Origin: Octopus vulgaris
Taxonomy: Eukaryota
DNA length: 64,000 nt
Assembly (NCBI GenBank): GCA_951406725.2
Contig: OX597818.1
Coordinates: forward strand, 135,160,001-135,224,000
Direction: 5' to 3'
The notes beneath the pieces were generated by a model. The model was not told the DNA's origin. It searched no databases and worked only from the letters and a program-made list of their open reading frames with translations. Numbering within the stretch: position 1 is the stretch's first letter; each line of letters begins with the position of its first letter. The position numbers and the translations under genes are program-made. Below are positions 13,314-25,825 of the stretch, piece by piece.

Positions 13314-15210
13314 AACCGTGAGCTGTGATTTCTAGCAGGGCAAACAATCACAGAATGAGAAGAGTGATTGCTATGTTTTGTTGGTGGTGGTGTGGTAATA
13401 GTGAAGGGAGTGCTTTCTTATGATACATATCAATACACCTCCAATTAAAAGTTCTCTAAAGACCAAGAACTGTCTGTAGAAGGAATTGACTTGATTGTCA
13501 AAAAGTCAAAGCAAACTCAAACTTGAAGTTCTCATAAGTGAAGTTGGGTGGAAAATGAAATATGATGAATATAGTATAAACATGAAATATATTATAAACA
13601 TGAAATATGATGAATATTACACATTTATTACATATGAATGTGTTATACATAGTACTATTATGAATATAAATATTACACATATGTACAAATATTATGTACG
13701 AAGAGACAGCACCAGTAGCTGTAGAGTTATTACACATCTGTTATATATGAATGTGTAATATACAACACCAGTATTTAAATAGAGATATATGTAAATATTA
13801 TGCAATAGATAAATGTCAACATCTGAAAATGATAATAATGGTTGGGTTATTATATATTTATCAAAACTAGAGTTGTTGAAAGTTATCATTAAAAGAAATT
13901 TAAAACAACATAGAATGGAGGCCTATAAATGAAGATTGACTGATTAACTACAGGTGTTTAGAGTTTACGTAGAAATACAACTGATGTCCCTCAGAACACT
14001 TCCTGGACAGTATAATCTAGCATCATGAAGGCAGCAGGAAAACTGCTATGATTCCAGAAAGATATTTTCTATAAGAAGAGGTGTTCCAATCTTTTGAGGA
14101 ATTATCACTAACACACCTTTGGCTTAGATTACACAAACATTATCTCAAGATTTTTCTAATTAAAGGAAGTTTTGATTAATTTGGTATTATATTGAAAATA
14201 GAAGGTGCTAATCTAAATTTCAAACTGAGGCTTAATTTTCTAGCAAATTCACTAAGTAGCAACAAGGAGATTAGAAATACCATACATGTGAAAATATACA
14301 CTTTGAATCAAATTACTGTTTTGCTTTACCACATTAAATTCTGATGAATAATTTTCTCATTATAGAGAACAACCTCCCTTGTTACATCAAAACACACATT
14401 TTTTTTTTCTCACTATAAGATTAAAATTTCATCAAAGCATCTTACTTGCTGTTGATTTAGAGTTCTGGATTTGACATGAGTGCCAAATTTCACTCCAACC
14501 ATTCGTTGCTTCCTTGATTAAGGCAGCTAACTCTGCTCACCTTAGGCTACCTGACTAAGTATTCAATCTACATTGTAGATGTAGCTAGTCTGCTTTAGTG
14601 AACATTGAAATATTTAAGACTTAAAATATATAGTTTCTATGCTCAAAGAGTGGGAAGAAAATTTGTTGACTATCCATTGTACTTTAGTAACAACCTACAT
14701 TTTCTTCCTGGATAAAATTCAAGATCTGTTACTTACCTATGTTAACTATTCAGGTGTGTTGCCTATCTTAGCTAATAATCTAAGTGAACTATCAGTATAG
14801 GTGCGTTACCTGCGTTAATAGGTGAGTGAACTACCTATGTGTAAACTGTGATGCCACTTAAATGAGTAAACTGCCAGGTGTGTTACTTATGTCATCTCAT
14901 AGTGCAAGTGAGCTATGTGTTATCTATTCTAGGTAATAACTTGAGTTAAGCATATAACTTAAATAATTAAGAGAGAAGTCATACATGTATGTATGTGTGA
15001 ATGTATGTGTGAATGATGATATTCCATGGTTTTGTTTGTTGCTACCTGAGCCAAACAGGGATATGATGTCAATGTGGAATAAAAAAATAAAAACATAAAA
15101 CTTACTGAAACAACTAAGAGTTGATGATAGGAAGACCGTCCCATCACCTGTTTCAAGTAAATTTCAACCCAACCGATAACAACATGGAAAAAAAAACAGA
15201 CATGAAATGA

Positions 15211-15420
15211 ATCATCATCATCATCATCGTTTAACATCCGCTTTCCATGCTAGCATGGGTTGGACGATTTTGACTGAGGGCTGGTGAACCAGATGGTTGC
15301 ACCAGGCTCCAATCTTGATTTGGCAGAGTTTCTACAGCTGGATGCCCTTCCTAACGCCAACCACTCCGAGAGTGTAGAGGGTGCTTTTTACGTGCCACCG
15401 GCACAGGGGCCAGTCAGGCG
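15211..15420 (-). mobile_element. RTE 3' UTR-derived short element
   Basis: (CAT)n followed by GTTTAACATCC...GGATGCCCTTCCTAACGCCAACC, homologous to 880-1048. Confidence 0.8.
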
Positions 15421-16906
15421 ATGAAGTCAATAAAGGTTTCCATGGGTGTCCAACTTGCTAAAAAAAACAACAGCTAAATCTCCTTTAAACCACAACACAC
15501 TGTCTAATCAAAGGAAGGATATTTTGGGTAATGTGGTTTCAGACATAGTTTGAACTTTTGAAGGAATGGTCATAGTCGGAACACCTCTGATTATGGGTAT
15601 GTCAAGTCAAAGAGTTGATCTGGAACTAAACAACAATAATTAAGGGAAACTACAAAAGGGAAATGTTTATGGTTTTCAATGAGAAATTTGGTTATGATTG
15701 ATGATTGATACTAGTTTCAGCTCACAAGCTGTGGCCATGCTGGGGCACCGCCATTTAGTATATATACGACGGGCTTCTTTCATTGGTCGGCCCAGGGCTA
15801 TAGCAGAAGACACTTGCCCAAGATGCCATGCAGTGGGACTGAACCCAGAACCATGTGGTTGGTTAGCAAGCTACTTACCACACAGCCACTCCTCTTATGT
15901 TCAGGTTTAGTAACAATTAGAACTAGCAGTTTAGCATACAAGCTGGTGTGAGACTGAAAGTATTCCTCACAAATCATGAGTTCAGCTCTTGTCTGAGGGT
16001 TGGCTTAAGTATATAAACCACTTTGTTATACCAACTGTACTGATCACAGAGGAAGATTTAATGTGTTCTCTCAAACTGCAATAAATAGCAACCAAATCTT
16101 TCAAATCACAGCTAATTGGCTTAAAAAAAAAAAAGGCACCTTGGATAATGTAGTCCAATATATACTGTATCTGATGGAAAGATGAGATGGTTACAGCTGG
16201 AACGCTATTGTTCACAGATTGTCACAATTACAGTTGACTGTGAGCTGAAGAACTATAACAACAAACCAACTTAATTCAATCACAGCATTTACAGAGAGTA
16301 TATTCCTTTGCCAACCTCAGCATTTGACCTCTGAATAGACATTATTGTTGACCCCACCCCACGATACTCTTCTCATTATGGAACCCAATATTAACTTACA
16401 TACTGACATTATTGTTGACTTCACTACCGACCTCAGTATCAAGCCCCTCCATATTAATTTGGTTACTACTCTAAATACTCGCTTCATTTCCGATCTCCAT
16501 CACTGATCTCAATATTGATCTAACTACAGACCTCAGTCCTATTTTCACAGCAACAAATGATATTCAGTTGTAAAACAGCAGTTCCAAGAATTACATAAAA
16601 ATCAGACAATATCACTTTTGGAAGTTTCCTCACCAGCATCACCAATCTTTGGAAAATAATGAAATGAAACACAAATTTCTCACAAGTCAACACAAGTCAA
16701 CTTGCTAAGAAATAATAAATACCAGACACAGAGATTAATGTCAGATTAAAGTCAGCAGTAAGTCAATCTGAACAGTACATATTAAAGATAGAATTGTATT
16801 CTTAACCATACTTATGACAACCCCTAGGCACTGCAGGGCCACTTTACAAACAGTAGAAGTAAATAACAAAACAAACATAATCATAATTCTTCAGAGAGAG
16901 AGAGAA

Positions 16907-17023
<117 letters not shown>

Positions 17024-18344
17024 GTGTGTGTGTGTGTATATAGAACCCAGTAAAGTAGCTGTTTTATTTATTTATCATTTCCGATTGTGAAGGAGGGCAA
17101 AAATTTCTGTTACCACTTCCACCACAAATGGAAGTGGTAACAGAAATTACTTCTTCAGAGATACAAGTTTAGCAATCCTTTTATTCCTAAGTCATAAAGT
17201 ATTCCAAAAGTGGTAAAGCAGACAAGATGAATGTCAATGACTTTACAATTCCAGCATAAGAAAAAATGTTTACACTAGAAATTACCAGATCAGTAAGTTG
17301 GTCTGACAATACCAATTGCCATTAAATTGAATTCACTTGTCTCAAAACAATTAACTACTACAAACCCCATCCCTTTAATGTTCCCTTTGTTCTTTCTCAT
17401 CCCTTATTCTTCTCCCTTTGTTTCCATACATCAAAGCAAAACAATGACTTCTTTCTCACCCTCTAATCCTCCACACATGCATTTCTCTCTAACTATTCTT
17501 CAGTCTCCTAAAGTGAGAATTCTTATCCTTTAATACATTTCCATTTCTATTTGTTTGTTTGTTTGTTGTCTCCCAAACTTTTTTCAGCTCCTCTGTAAAA
17601 CAGTTCAAGTAAAAATATCAGTCATCCAAAAAAGTAGAAGGATTCCTCATTGCATTAAAAAATAATAATAATAATAAATAATTAAAAAAAACCCTGCTTT
17701 GCTCTATATTTCTGCAAGTGAGGGAATGCTCCTGAAAACAGTGGAATAATCTATGTTAGACAACTAATCTTTCAATCTGTTTCTGCAAGATCAAAAATTA
17801 AAAAGAAAAAAAGACAAACTGTTGGCAAAGGAAGCAGAGTGAATCCTGTCAAAGTAATGACTTTACCATTATTGCAACAAGCCATCCCGAGAATGATAAA
17901 TTTCATTTGTTTTGCTGTTCTTTTTATCTCTTAAAGGATTGTAAACCTAGATTCTGTAAGTTTCATTCATATCTCCTTTTAACAGCAGGAAATCTATTGT
18001 ATCTCAATTAAGAAATATTTTCAAACTAAATAAAAAATGATAAAAATTGAACAATTATTTTGATGTGGTTTGAAGTGATGATAAATGAAGACACTGGCTG
18101 GATGTTGGGAAAAAAAATGAGAAAGAGGAAGAGAGGGACAAACAGAGGGAGGAACAGAAAGAAACGTAGAGGGTGGGAGAGAGAGAGAGAGAGAGGTTCA
18201 GACAGACAGAGACAGAGACAAATAGAAAGATATTACTGGAGATAGACATATCACAGTAGATATATAGATATTACAGGAGATATTGCAGACAGCTACACAC
18301 ACACACACATTACAGTTAACGGATATTATAGTAGATAGATTTCT

Positions 18345-18572
18345 GAGCTGGCAGAAACATTAGCACGCCGGGCGAAATGCGTAGCCGTATTTCGTCTGCC
18401 GTTACGTTCCGAGTTCTAATTCCGCCGAGGTCGACTTTGCCTTTCATCCTTTCAGGGTTGATAAATTAAGTACCAGTTATGCACTGGGATCGATCTAATC
18501 GACTTAATCCGTTTGTCTGTCCTTGTTTGTCCCCTCTGTGTTTAGCCCCTTGTGGGTAGTAAAGAAATAGAT
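18345..18572 (+). mobile_element. SINE family B
   Basis: GAGCTGGCAGAA...GCCTTTCATCC...AGCCCCTTGTGGGTAGTAAAGAAATA. Confidence 0.9.
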
Positions 18573-18575
18573 ATA

Positions 18576-18990
18576 GGCGCAGGAATGGCTGTGTGGTAAG
18601 TAGCTTGCTAACCAACCACATGGTTCCGGGTTCAGTCCCACTGCGTGGCATCTTAGGCAAGTGTCTTCTGCTATAGCCCCGGGCGGACCAATGCCTTGTG
18701 AGTGGATTTGGTAGACAGAAACTGAAAGAAGCCTGTCGTATATATGTATATATATATGTATGTGTGTGTGTTTGTGTGTCTGTGTTTGGCCCCCTAGCAT
18801 TGCTTGACAACCTTTGCTGGTGTGTTTACGTCCCCGTCACTTAGCGGTTCGGCAAAAAGAGACCGATAGAATAAGTACTGGGCTTATGAAGAATAAGTCC
18901 CAGGGTCGATTTGCTCGACTAAAGGTGGTGCTCCAGCATGGCCGCAGTCAAATGACTGAAACAAGTAAAAGAGTAAAAGAGTAAAGAGAA
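18576..18990 (+). mobile_element. SINE family A, full length (tRNA head, CORE-like segment, internal microsatellite, tail)
   Basis: GGCGCAGGAATGGCTGTGTGG (A box), GGTTCAGTCCC (B box), CORE-like CTTRGGCAAGTG and an (AGTAAAAG)n tail. Other copies lie near 9015, 9650, 35840(-), 40510(-), 46625, 51680 and 61870(-). Confidence 0.9.
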
Positions 18991-20891
18991 TAGTAGATAG
19001 ACAAACAGATATTACAGTAGACAAATATCCATGATGAATACTACATGTGTAGCTGAAAAAAAAGTATTTCTGTAATAAACTTTATTTACAAATCAGAAGT
19101 AACTTAAGATCAAATTACATTGCTCATTTGATCTTCCATCAACAGAGCTAGAGCGGAAAATATCTTAGATAGTGAATGGTACACAGGTGTGTTTAAATAA
19201 TGGAAAAAACTGTTGATTGAAACTAATTTTACAACCACTCCTGTTTATATCACCTGTATCTTGTATAAGCATCATGCTTTCGGTCATTTACCCCCAACCC
19301 TTAAGTGTTTAGATGCTTGCAAAACCTTGCCTCTCACTGGATCAAATTTGATGTTTAACACTTTGAAATAACTAGGACACTATACTGCAACTTAATGGAA
19401 CCATTATCTGTTGCTACAGGAAATGTCTAGATTTAGACTGAAGTTGGTAGAACCACAGGAAAAAGTTATTCATTCGTTTTCATTTAAAAGATATTTAATA
19501 TTTTTGCATTTAATTACCAAATAGAATAAATTAATTTTTTAAATCCTGAAATTAAAACATCCATTTCCAGACTCTCCTGCTATGAATTTATCCTAACAAC
19601 TGAGTAAGTGTAAACTGTGGCAGTTCTTATCACCATCATGAAGTAAACATTAAAATCTTATATTTTGTATGCAGGCACTGGGGAGTGGTATTTATTTTTG
19701 TTTCTTTCAAATGGGTTAACAGGAAAGGACTGTGACTATGACCGACTGAAATCAACATGGTTGATGTTTTTTCTTGAATAACTGCAATTTGATAGCTGCA
19801 AGAAAACTATGGGAAAGTGGAGGTGGAGTTCCAGAGGGATAATATTTTAGAGAGAAATGACTGGGCAGAGTGTTTAGCATGAGACAAGAGGGGTGACAAA
19901 AGATGAAAAGTAAATCAGATAACTTGATGGAAGAGGCACAAGACCTGTTAACTCTAGGTGCAGTGGCTACAGTAGTAGTAGAAGCAGATTGGGCAGACAA
20001 CACATCTCTGGACAGGCAGATGGAGTGTGCCGGTGGACGACTCCATGCTAATCAATCAAGAAGCCTTTTGGTGGGAGACTGTGAGACTCATGACTATTGC
20101 AAATAGAATTGAGATGAAGTAGAAGCTCCCCATTTTGAAAAATTAGGCAATAAAATCTCTGATACTCTTCAAGATTTGATGTGTCATTTAAACCTATGGC
20201 CCCTGAATGGCAATGATGTAAACATTCAAAGCTATGATCCCTTAAACAACAATGTAACATTTAAACTTACGGGCCCTTACAATGATGTGACATTTACAGC
20301 AATGATCCCTTAAATAACATGCCCTCCTTCTTACCATGAATACTTCTTGCTTATACAAAAGTCTTTAAGCTGTCAATCCATTCAAAATCAACCTTTAATA
20401 TGTTCCAACTGAATTATCAAACTCTTAAAGCAGTATTCATCCTTATCATCATTGTTGTTTTTATGTCTTCTTTTTCCATATGGCATGGATTAGATGGAGA
20501 CTAATTGGTCTGTTTTCTATGGCTGAATGCCCATCCTGTTTCTCAACTGGTTTTCACAACTTGAAAATGCAGAGCTACAGAACATGTTTACAGAAAACAG
20601 ATGAACACGACATTACTCATTTCCTCACAACAATACCTTGCAAAGATATGCAGAATATAAACATTTAAATGCATGCACAAACACACACACACACATACAT
20701 GTACATGTAACAGGTCTTCATACTATTTCTGTCTACCAATTTCACTTACAATGTATTGATCAGCCTGAGGACATAATAGAAGACACAGCCATGCTTATAA
20801 TAGACATTTACCACTATGTACACCAGCACCTTTCTCTCCACTTGTATTTAACTTCATTAATGGCTTAGTTAAAGGAGAAAAGGTGGACAAT

Positions 20892-21340
20892 GCAGGAGTG
20901 GCTGTGTGGTAAGTAGCTTGCTAACCAACCACATGGTTCCGGGTTCAGTCCCACTGCGTGGCATCTTGGGCCCAGTAGTTAGGGCAGCGGACTCACGGTC
21001 GTAGGATCGCGGTTTCGATTCCCAGACTGGGCGTTGTGAGTGTTTATTGAGCGAAAACACCTGAAGCTCCACAAGGCTCCGGCAGGGATGATGGTGATCC
21101 CTGCTGTACTCTTTCACCACAACTTTCTCTCACTCTTACTTCCTGTTTCTGTTGTACCTGTATTTCAAAGGGCCAGCCTTGTTACTCTCTGTGTCACGCT
21201 GAATATCCCCGAGAACTACGTTAAGGGTGCACGTGTCTGTGGAGTGCTCAGCCACTTACACGTTAAGTTCACGAGCAGGCTGTTTTGTTGATCGGATCAA
21301 CCGGAACCCTCGTCGTCGTAAGCGACGGAGTGCTTCCATC
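20892..21340 (+). mobile_element. Chimeric SINE: family A head fused to family C body
   Basis: Family A sequence runs to GCATCTTGGG (20970), then family C continues from CCCAGTAGTTAGGGCAGCGG. Confidence 0.8.
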
Positions 21341-22249
21341 CACATACTGAAGATCTCAGTTGTAAAAAGAAGTATCAGATTCTTTAAATTGATAGAAACT
21401 GTGGAAGAGAAAGACCTACAAAGATGGGAGACAAAGTGGTAAAGGCCGACCTCAGGAGGATGACAAAGAGCTGTAATGAATGGTAACTCAGAGTATTGGA
21501 GAAGAACTGCTCACCAATGCAAGCACAGCAAACCAATTGTTAATATGGTGGTGGTGGTGATGGAGGTCAGAATATATCAGAATATATAATATATCTATTT
21601 TGGGTCTCTCAACCATTATTGCCCTCTTTGTTATCTGCTCACCTATCACTCACCTTCTCTCCTATTCTACATCTTTTGTCCATATTCAATTCCCCTTCTG
21701 TTATCTCCACTCTTTTGTTCTACCTATTTTCCCTGTGATAACTGTGTAACAAAGAATGGTAACACATCTGTCCATATCCATACCCCTACTATCCTCTTTC
21801 CTTATACTTAGCCATCACTCTCTTTTTCTCATGGCATAGTTTGTTCACATTTATTCACTCTCACTTACTACAACCTATTTCTCTTGCTATCTATCACACA
21901 CATTTACTTACCCTCACCAATCTACGTTATTTTCTATTCAACTTCTTACCACCAACCAAAATGTAACTATTACTGTCTCTCTTCCATTAACCCTAGTCTG
22001 AGTATTCTCACACTCTTGTCATCATCTTGTCCTTCATCATACTCCCTTCTGTTCACCCTCTAGGTCACATTTGCTTTAAAGGAATGGAGACAACATAAAG
22101 AGAACTTTTTAGTCCTGTTAAGGACAAGACAACCTCTCAAATGTTGGTAAAGGCTATCTTAGCAGCAATACAGTATCCCAAGCAAATCAAAGCACTGGAT
22201 CATTGAAGTAATTATTTATTGACAGCATACACAGATGATAATTGGGTCC

Positions 22250-22477
22250 TTAACCCTTTCGTTACCAACCAGGCTGAAACCGGCTCTGGCTCTGAGTACA
22301 AATGTCTTGTTTTCATAAGTTTTTAATTAAAATTTTCCACCAAACCTAAGTCATAATTTATGTTCCTAACACTAGCTGAATGATAACTAAGTTATTTTAT
22401 TAAATTCTTTGTTATATTTAAAGTAATTGAAAGAAACACAGAACATCTCAAAATAAATTCAGTAATGAAAGGGTTAA
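22250..22477. mobile_element. piggyBac-type MITE (family P1)
   Basis: TTAA-flanked and near-identical to 8295-8528. Confidence 0.85.
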
Positions 22478-23574
22478 ACTTGTGAGGTCCATGAGTAACT
22501 GCCAAATGTACCCATGCCTTAAGACAGCACTGGTGCCATGATAAAATGCACCCCATACACTTTGTAAAATGGTTGACAATGAATGGAAACGATGCAGAGT
22601 AGATAGGTCTCATTAGTGTTGTTGAGGATATGAAACTTCTTTCAGGCTGATGCCACAATAAAATGTGCCCTGTACACACTGAAGGATGGTTGGTGATAGG
22701 AAGGCTATTCAGCCATAAAATACTAAGCTAAAACTGGAATGTATAAGCAATATGTAGTCTTCTGACCTGCTTAGGAGGGCAGTAACTCTGAATAAAAACT
22801 GGTTCAGACCATAACAACTCTTCTAGTCCCTGCCAGCATGAGAAGCAGTTGTAAATTGATGAAGAATTTACACACATACACATCAAGCAGTACTTTTCAC
22901 TTCCATGGCAATGGCTTTATTCTAAACAAACCTTTTATCACGTAACCTCTTCACCTAATTATTCTGAAATATCACACATAAAAAAAAAGTAACAGAAATA
23001 TTATCATAATTTATGTGTGTGATATATTGAGTTTTAGATCACTTGCTTTGTGTAGATGTGTACAGCATCTGTACGAGTATGTGGGTGTGTGTACATGCAT
23101 ATCAAAGTGTGCCCCACTGTACCAGATTTAATATTTTAACCTAGTAAAGTGTCAATGTCTAAATAGTCAGTTGGTTTAGTTAGAAACATTAGTAGTCAAT
23201 TGGTTTCGTTAATTGTTCAGTGAAGCATTAGTAACACATCAGTTAATTAAGGGAAATGGTGAGAGAGACAGACAGACAGACAAGCAGACAGGAAAGAAGA
23301 CAAATTTCGTTTGACACAGTGAAATATATGCATGCTCATGCACACGTGTGGGTGTGTGTGTGTGTGTGTGTGTGTACAGATTTGGCTCTGTGGTTATATA
23401 GTCTACAACGATATGGTGCAGGATTTGATCTAATTATACAGTACCTAGGACAAGTATCTTCTACAATAGTCTTGAGGTGTCCAATCTCTTTTGACAGGAA
23501 TGTAGCAAACAACAATTATTCAAAAGCTTGTTGTATACACACAAACAAGCATATATGTAATACATACACACACA

Positions 23575-23631
<57 letters not shown>

Positions 23632-23806
23632 CCATGTTTGTTTGTTCACAATCCACAAACAAGTGTTGTTTATGCTGCATTCCTTTATGTTCTATGACTT
23701 AGCAGATTGACAAATAGATATCTATAAAATGAATACTAGTAATGATGGCTAACTAAGATCTGTGAAGGTGATGTCCAGGATGGCCACAATTCAATGACTG
23801 AAACCA

Positions 23807-23840
<34 letters not shown>

Positions 23841-24329
23841 GCATGAACTTATCAACAACCTTCACAGTTTCCCTTTTGACAGTGATAGTTGGCTCATAGG
23901 ACTTCTGCAGCGTAGATTGGAGCATACAGGTAGAGGGAAAAGCAGATACAGATAAATATGTAGGTGGACATATAATTGAATAGAAGCTAGACATATTGTT
24001 AACACCAAATTAACTCTGATCTAGTAGACCTATGATCAAGTGCATTCCAACTGCCCATCCAGCTTTTTTTCCAGATAACTTATTCAATATCTCCTTTTGC
24101 ATTAAGACTATAAATGATATAAGGGATGTTTTGCTGCTATTTCTGTAAGAGAGAACAATAAGATAGAGGTCTCCCTCATTAATTCATGCTAGATATAGGA
24201 ATACAGACTATGGGAAGACAAACACAATAGATAAAAAGGATCAAAAGATTTGAGAAAAATCAAATATATGAAATTATAAAAGAGGAGAAAAAAGGGTAAT
24301 TAAGACATTAATAACAGAAATGTGACACA

Positions 24330-24538
24330 GGGGACAACAAAAGAACATATGGAAAAACAAGAAAAACACACACAATGGATGTGGCCATGCTCAACCCCTC
24401 ATCAGTTATCAACCAAACAAGGTGTCAAAATTGTGATGATATTTGTTTGACAACTGATGAAGGGTTGAGCATGTCTACATCCATTCCACATGTTTGTTTG
24501 TTTGTTTTTGTTTTTCCATATGTTCCTTAGTTGTCCCC
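24330..24538. repeat. Imperfect long inverted repeat (foldback element)
   Basis: GGGGACAAC...ATGCTCAACCCCTCATCAGTT pairs with AACTGATGAAGGGTTGAGCAT...GTTGTCCCC. Confidence 0.85.
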
Positions 24539-25064
24539 CTTTACTACATTTTTATAATTATTTATTGTAATACTATGCATACTTTTTCTCCCTGACTACC
24601 AGTAATTAACACAGTAAATTATTTTTTTTAATTTTATTTTACATTTCTCAATGTTAGAATTGGTGTGCTAATGTTAGCATGTGTATATAAATGTGTGTTA
24701 ATGTGTATGCTAATGCAATGTGTGTGTGTGTGTGTTAGCATGTTATGTGTGCATTAAATGTTAGAGAAGAAAATGTCAGGGAGTGATAAAGAAAGATGTC
24801 AGACAATGATAGGAGATGAAAGAGAGCACGGATTGAATGACTGAAGCATATCATATTAAAATTAGTCTGTGATTGGTAGCTGAGGAAGGATAATGGTTGA
24901 AATGGTAGAATATGATGCAACACAGACATGTAATATGAGACACAGGAGAAATTGGCTGCCAAAGCAAAAGGGAAACAAAATTTAAATGATATTCTAAGTG
25001 TGAAATATAGCTTCTTTGAACACATAGACACACACTTATATGCACTCACACATAATGCTTGTAT

Positions 25065-25100
<36 letters not shown>

Positions 25101-25281
25101 CATCAGTACATATACTATTTAAAGTTTATTTTTCTACTTCTCACATGGGTTGAATAAATACACAAATCTACACATTTTCATAAAGGATTAAAGCAATTCT
25201 ATATTTGTGAGATGAAGAATTTATATTATGTATCTTGTTTATAATTAGTCAGACTGAAGTCCTCATCTTGATTGTTGATTT

Positions 25282-25323
25282 CACTATATTTTGGCCGCCG
25301 TACAATCCAGCCTTCTTCAGGTG
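25282..25323 (-). ncRNA. Minimal type-I hammerhead ribozyme motif (G12A variant)
   Basis: The minus strand reads CAC CTGAAGA A GGCTG-loop-CGGCC AAAA TATA GTG: stem I CAC/GTG, a 5-bp stem II and a palindromic stem III. Confidence 0.6.
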
Positions 25324-25512
25324 CCTTGCGTTGAAATTGGTTATTGTATTGGAATTTCGAACCTAACCCTTTATTTGATCTATGGGGGTACAGTGTTCTC
25401 ATTCTGTTTTCTGTGTTTCATGACATTTCAACTAAAGGAAAAAATGTCATGGAAAGCAGTGAGTGGAATGAGAACTGTACTCCTGGGGATCAACTAAATG
25501 GTTAGGTTTGAA

Positions 25513-25743
25513 GGCGGCGAGCTGGCAGAATCGTTAGCGTGCCAGGCGAAATGCTTAGCGGTATTTCGTCTACCGTTGCGTACTGAGTTCAAATTCCGCC
25601 GAGGTCGACTTTGCCTTTCATCCTTTCGGGGTTGATAAATTAAGTACCAGTTACGCACTGGGGTTGATGTAATCGACTTAATACCTATGTCTGTCCTTGT
25701 TTGTCCCCTCTATGTTTAGCCCCTTGTGGGTAATAAAAAAATA
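25513..25743 (+). mobile_element. SINE family B, full length
   Basis: A 13-bp TSD GGTTAGGTTTGAA lies at 25500-25512 and 25744-25756. Confidence 0.92.
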
Positions 25744-25788
25744 GGTTAGGTTTGAAATTCCAATACAACAACCAAGTTCAACACAAGA

Positions 25789-25825
25789 CACCCGAAGAAG
25801 GCTGGACCCCAGCAGAAATATAATA
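25789..25825 (+). ncRNA. Degenerate hammerhead motif (inverted partner of 25282-25323)
   Basis: CAC CCGAAGA A GGCTG GACCC CAGCA GAAA TATA ATA. Confidence 0.45.

Noticed and set aside
14730-14960. Degenerate short tandem repeats (also about 16320-16540, 20200-20320 and 45170-45450)
   Set aside because: They are old, low-identity simple repeats with no definable unit or evidence of function.
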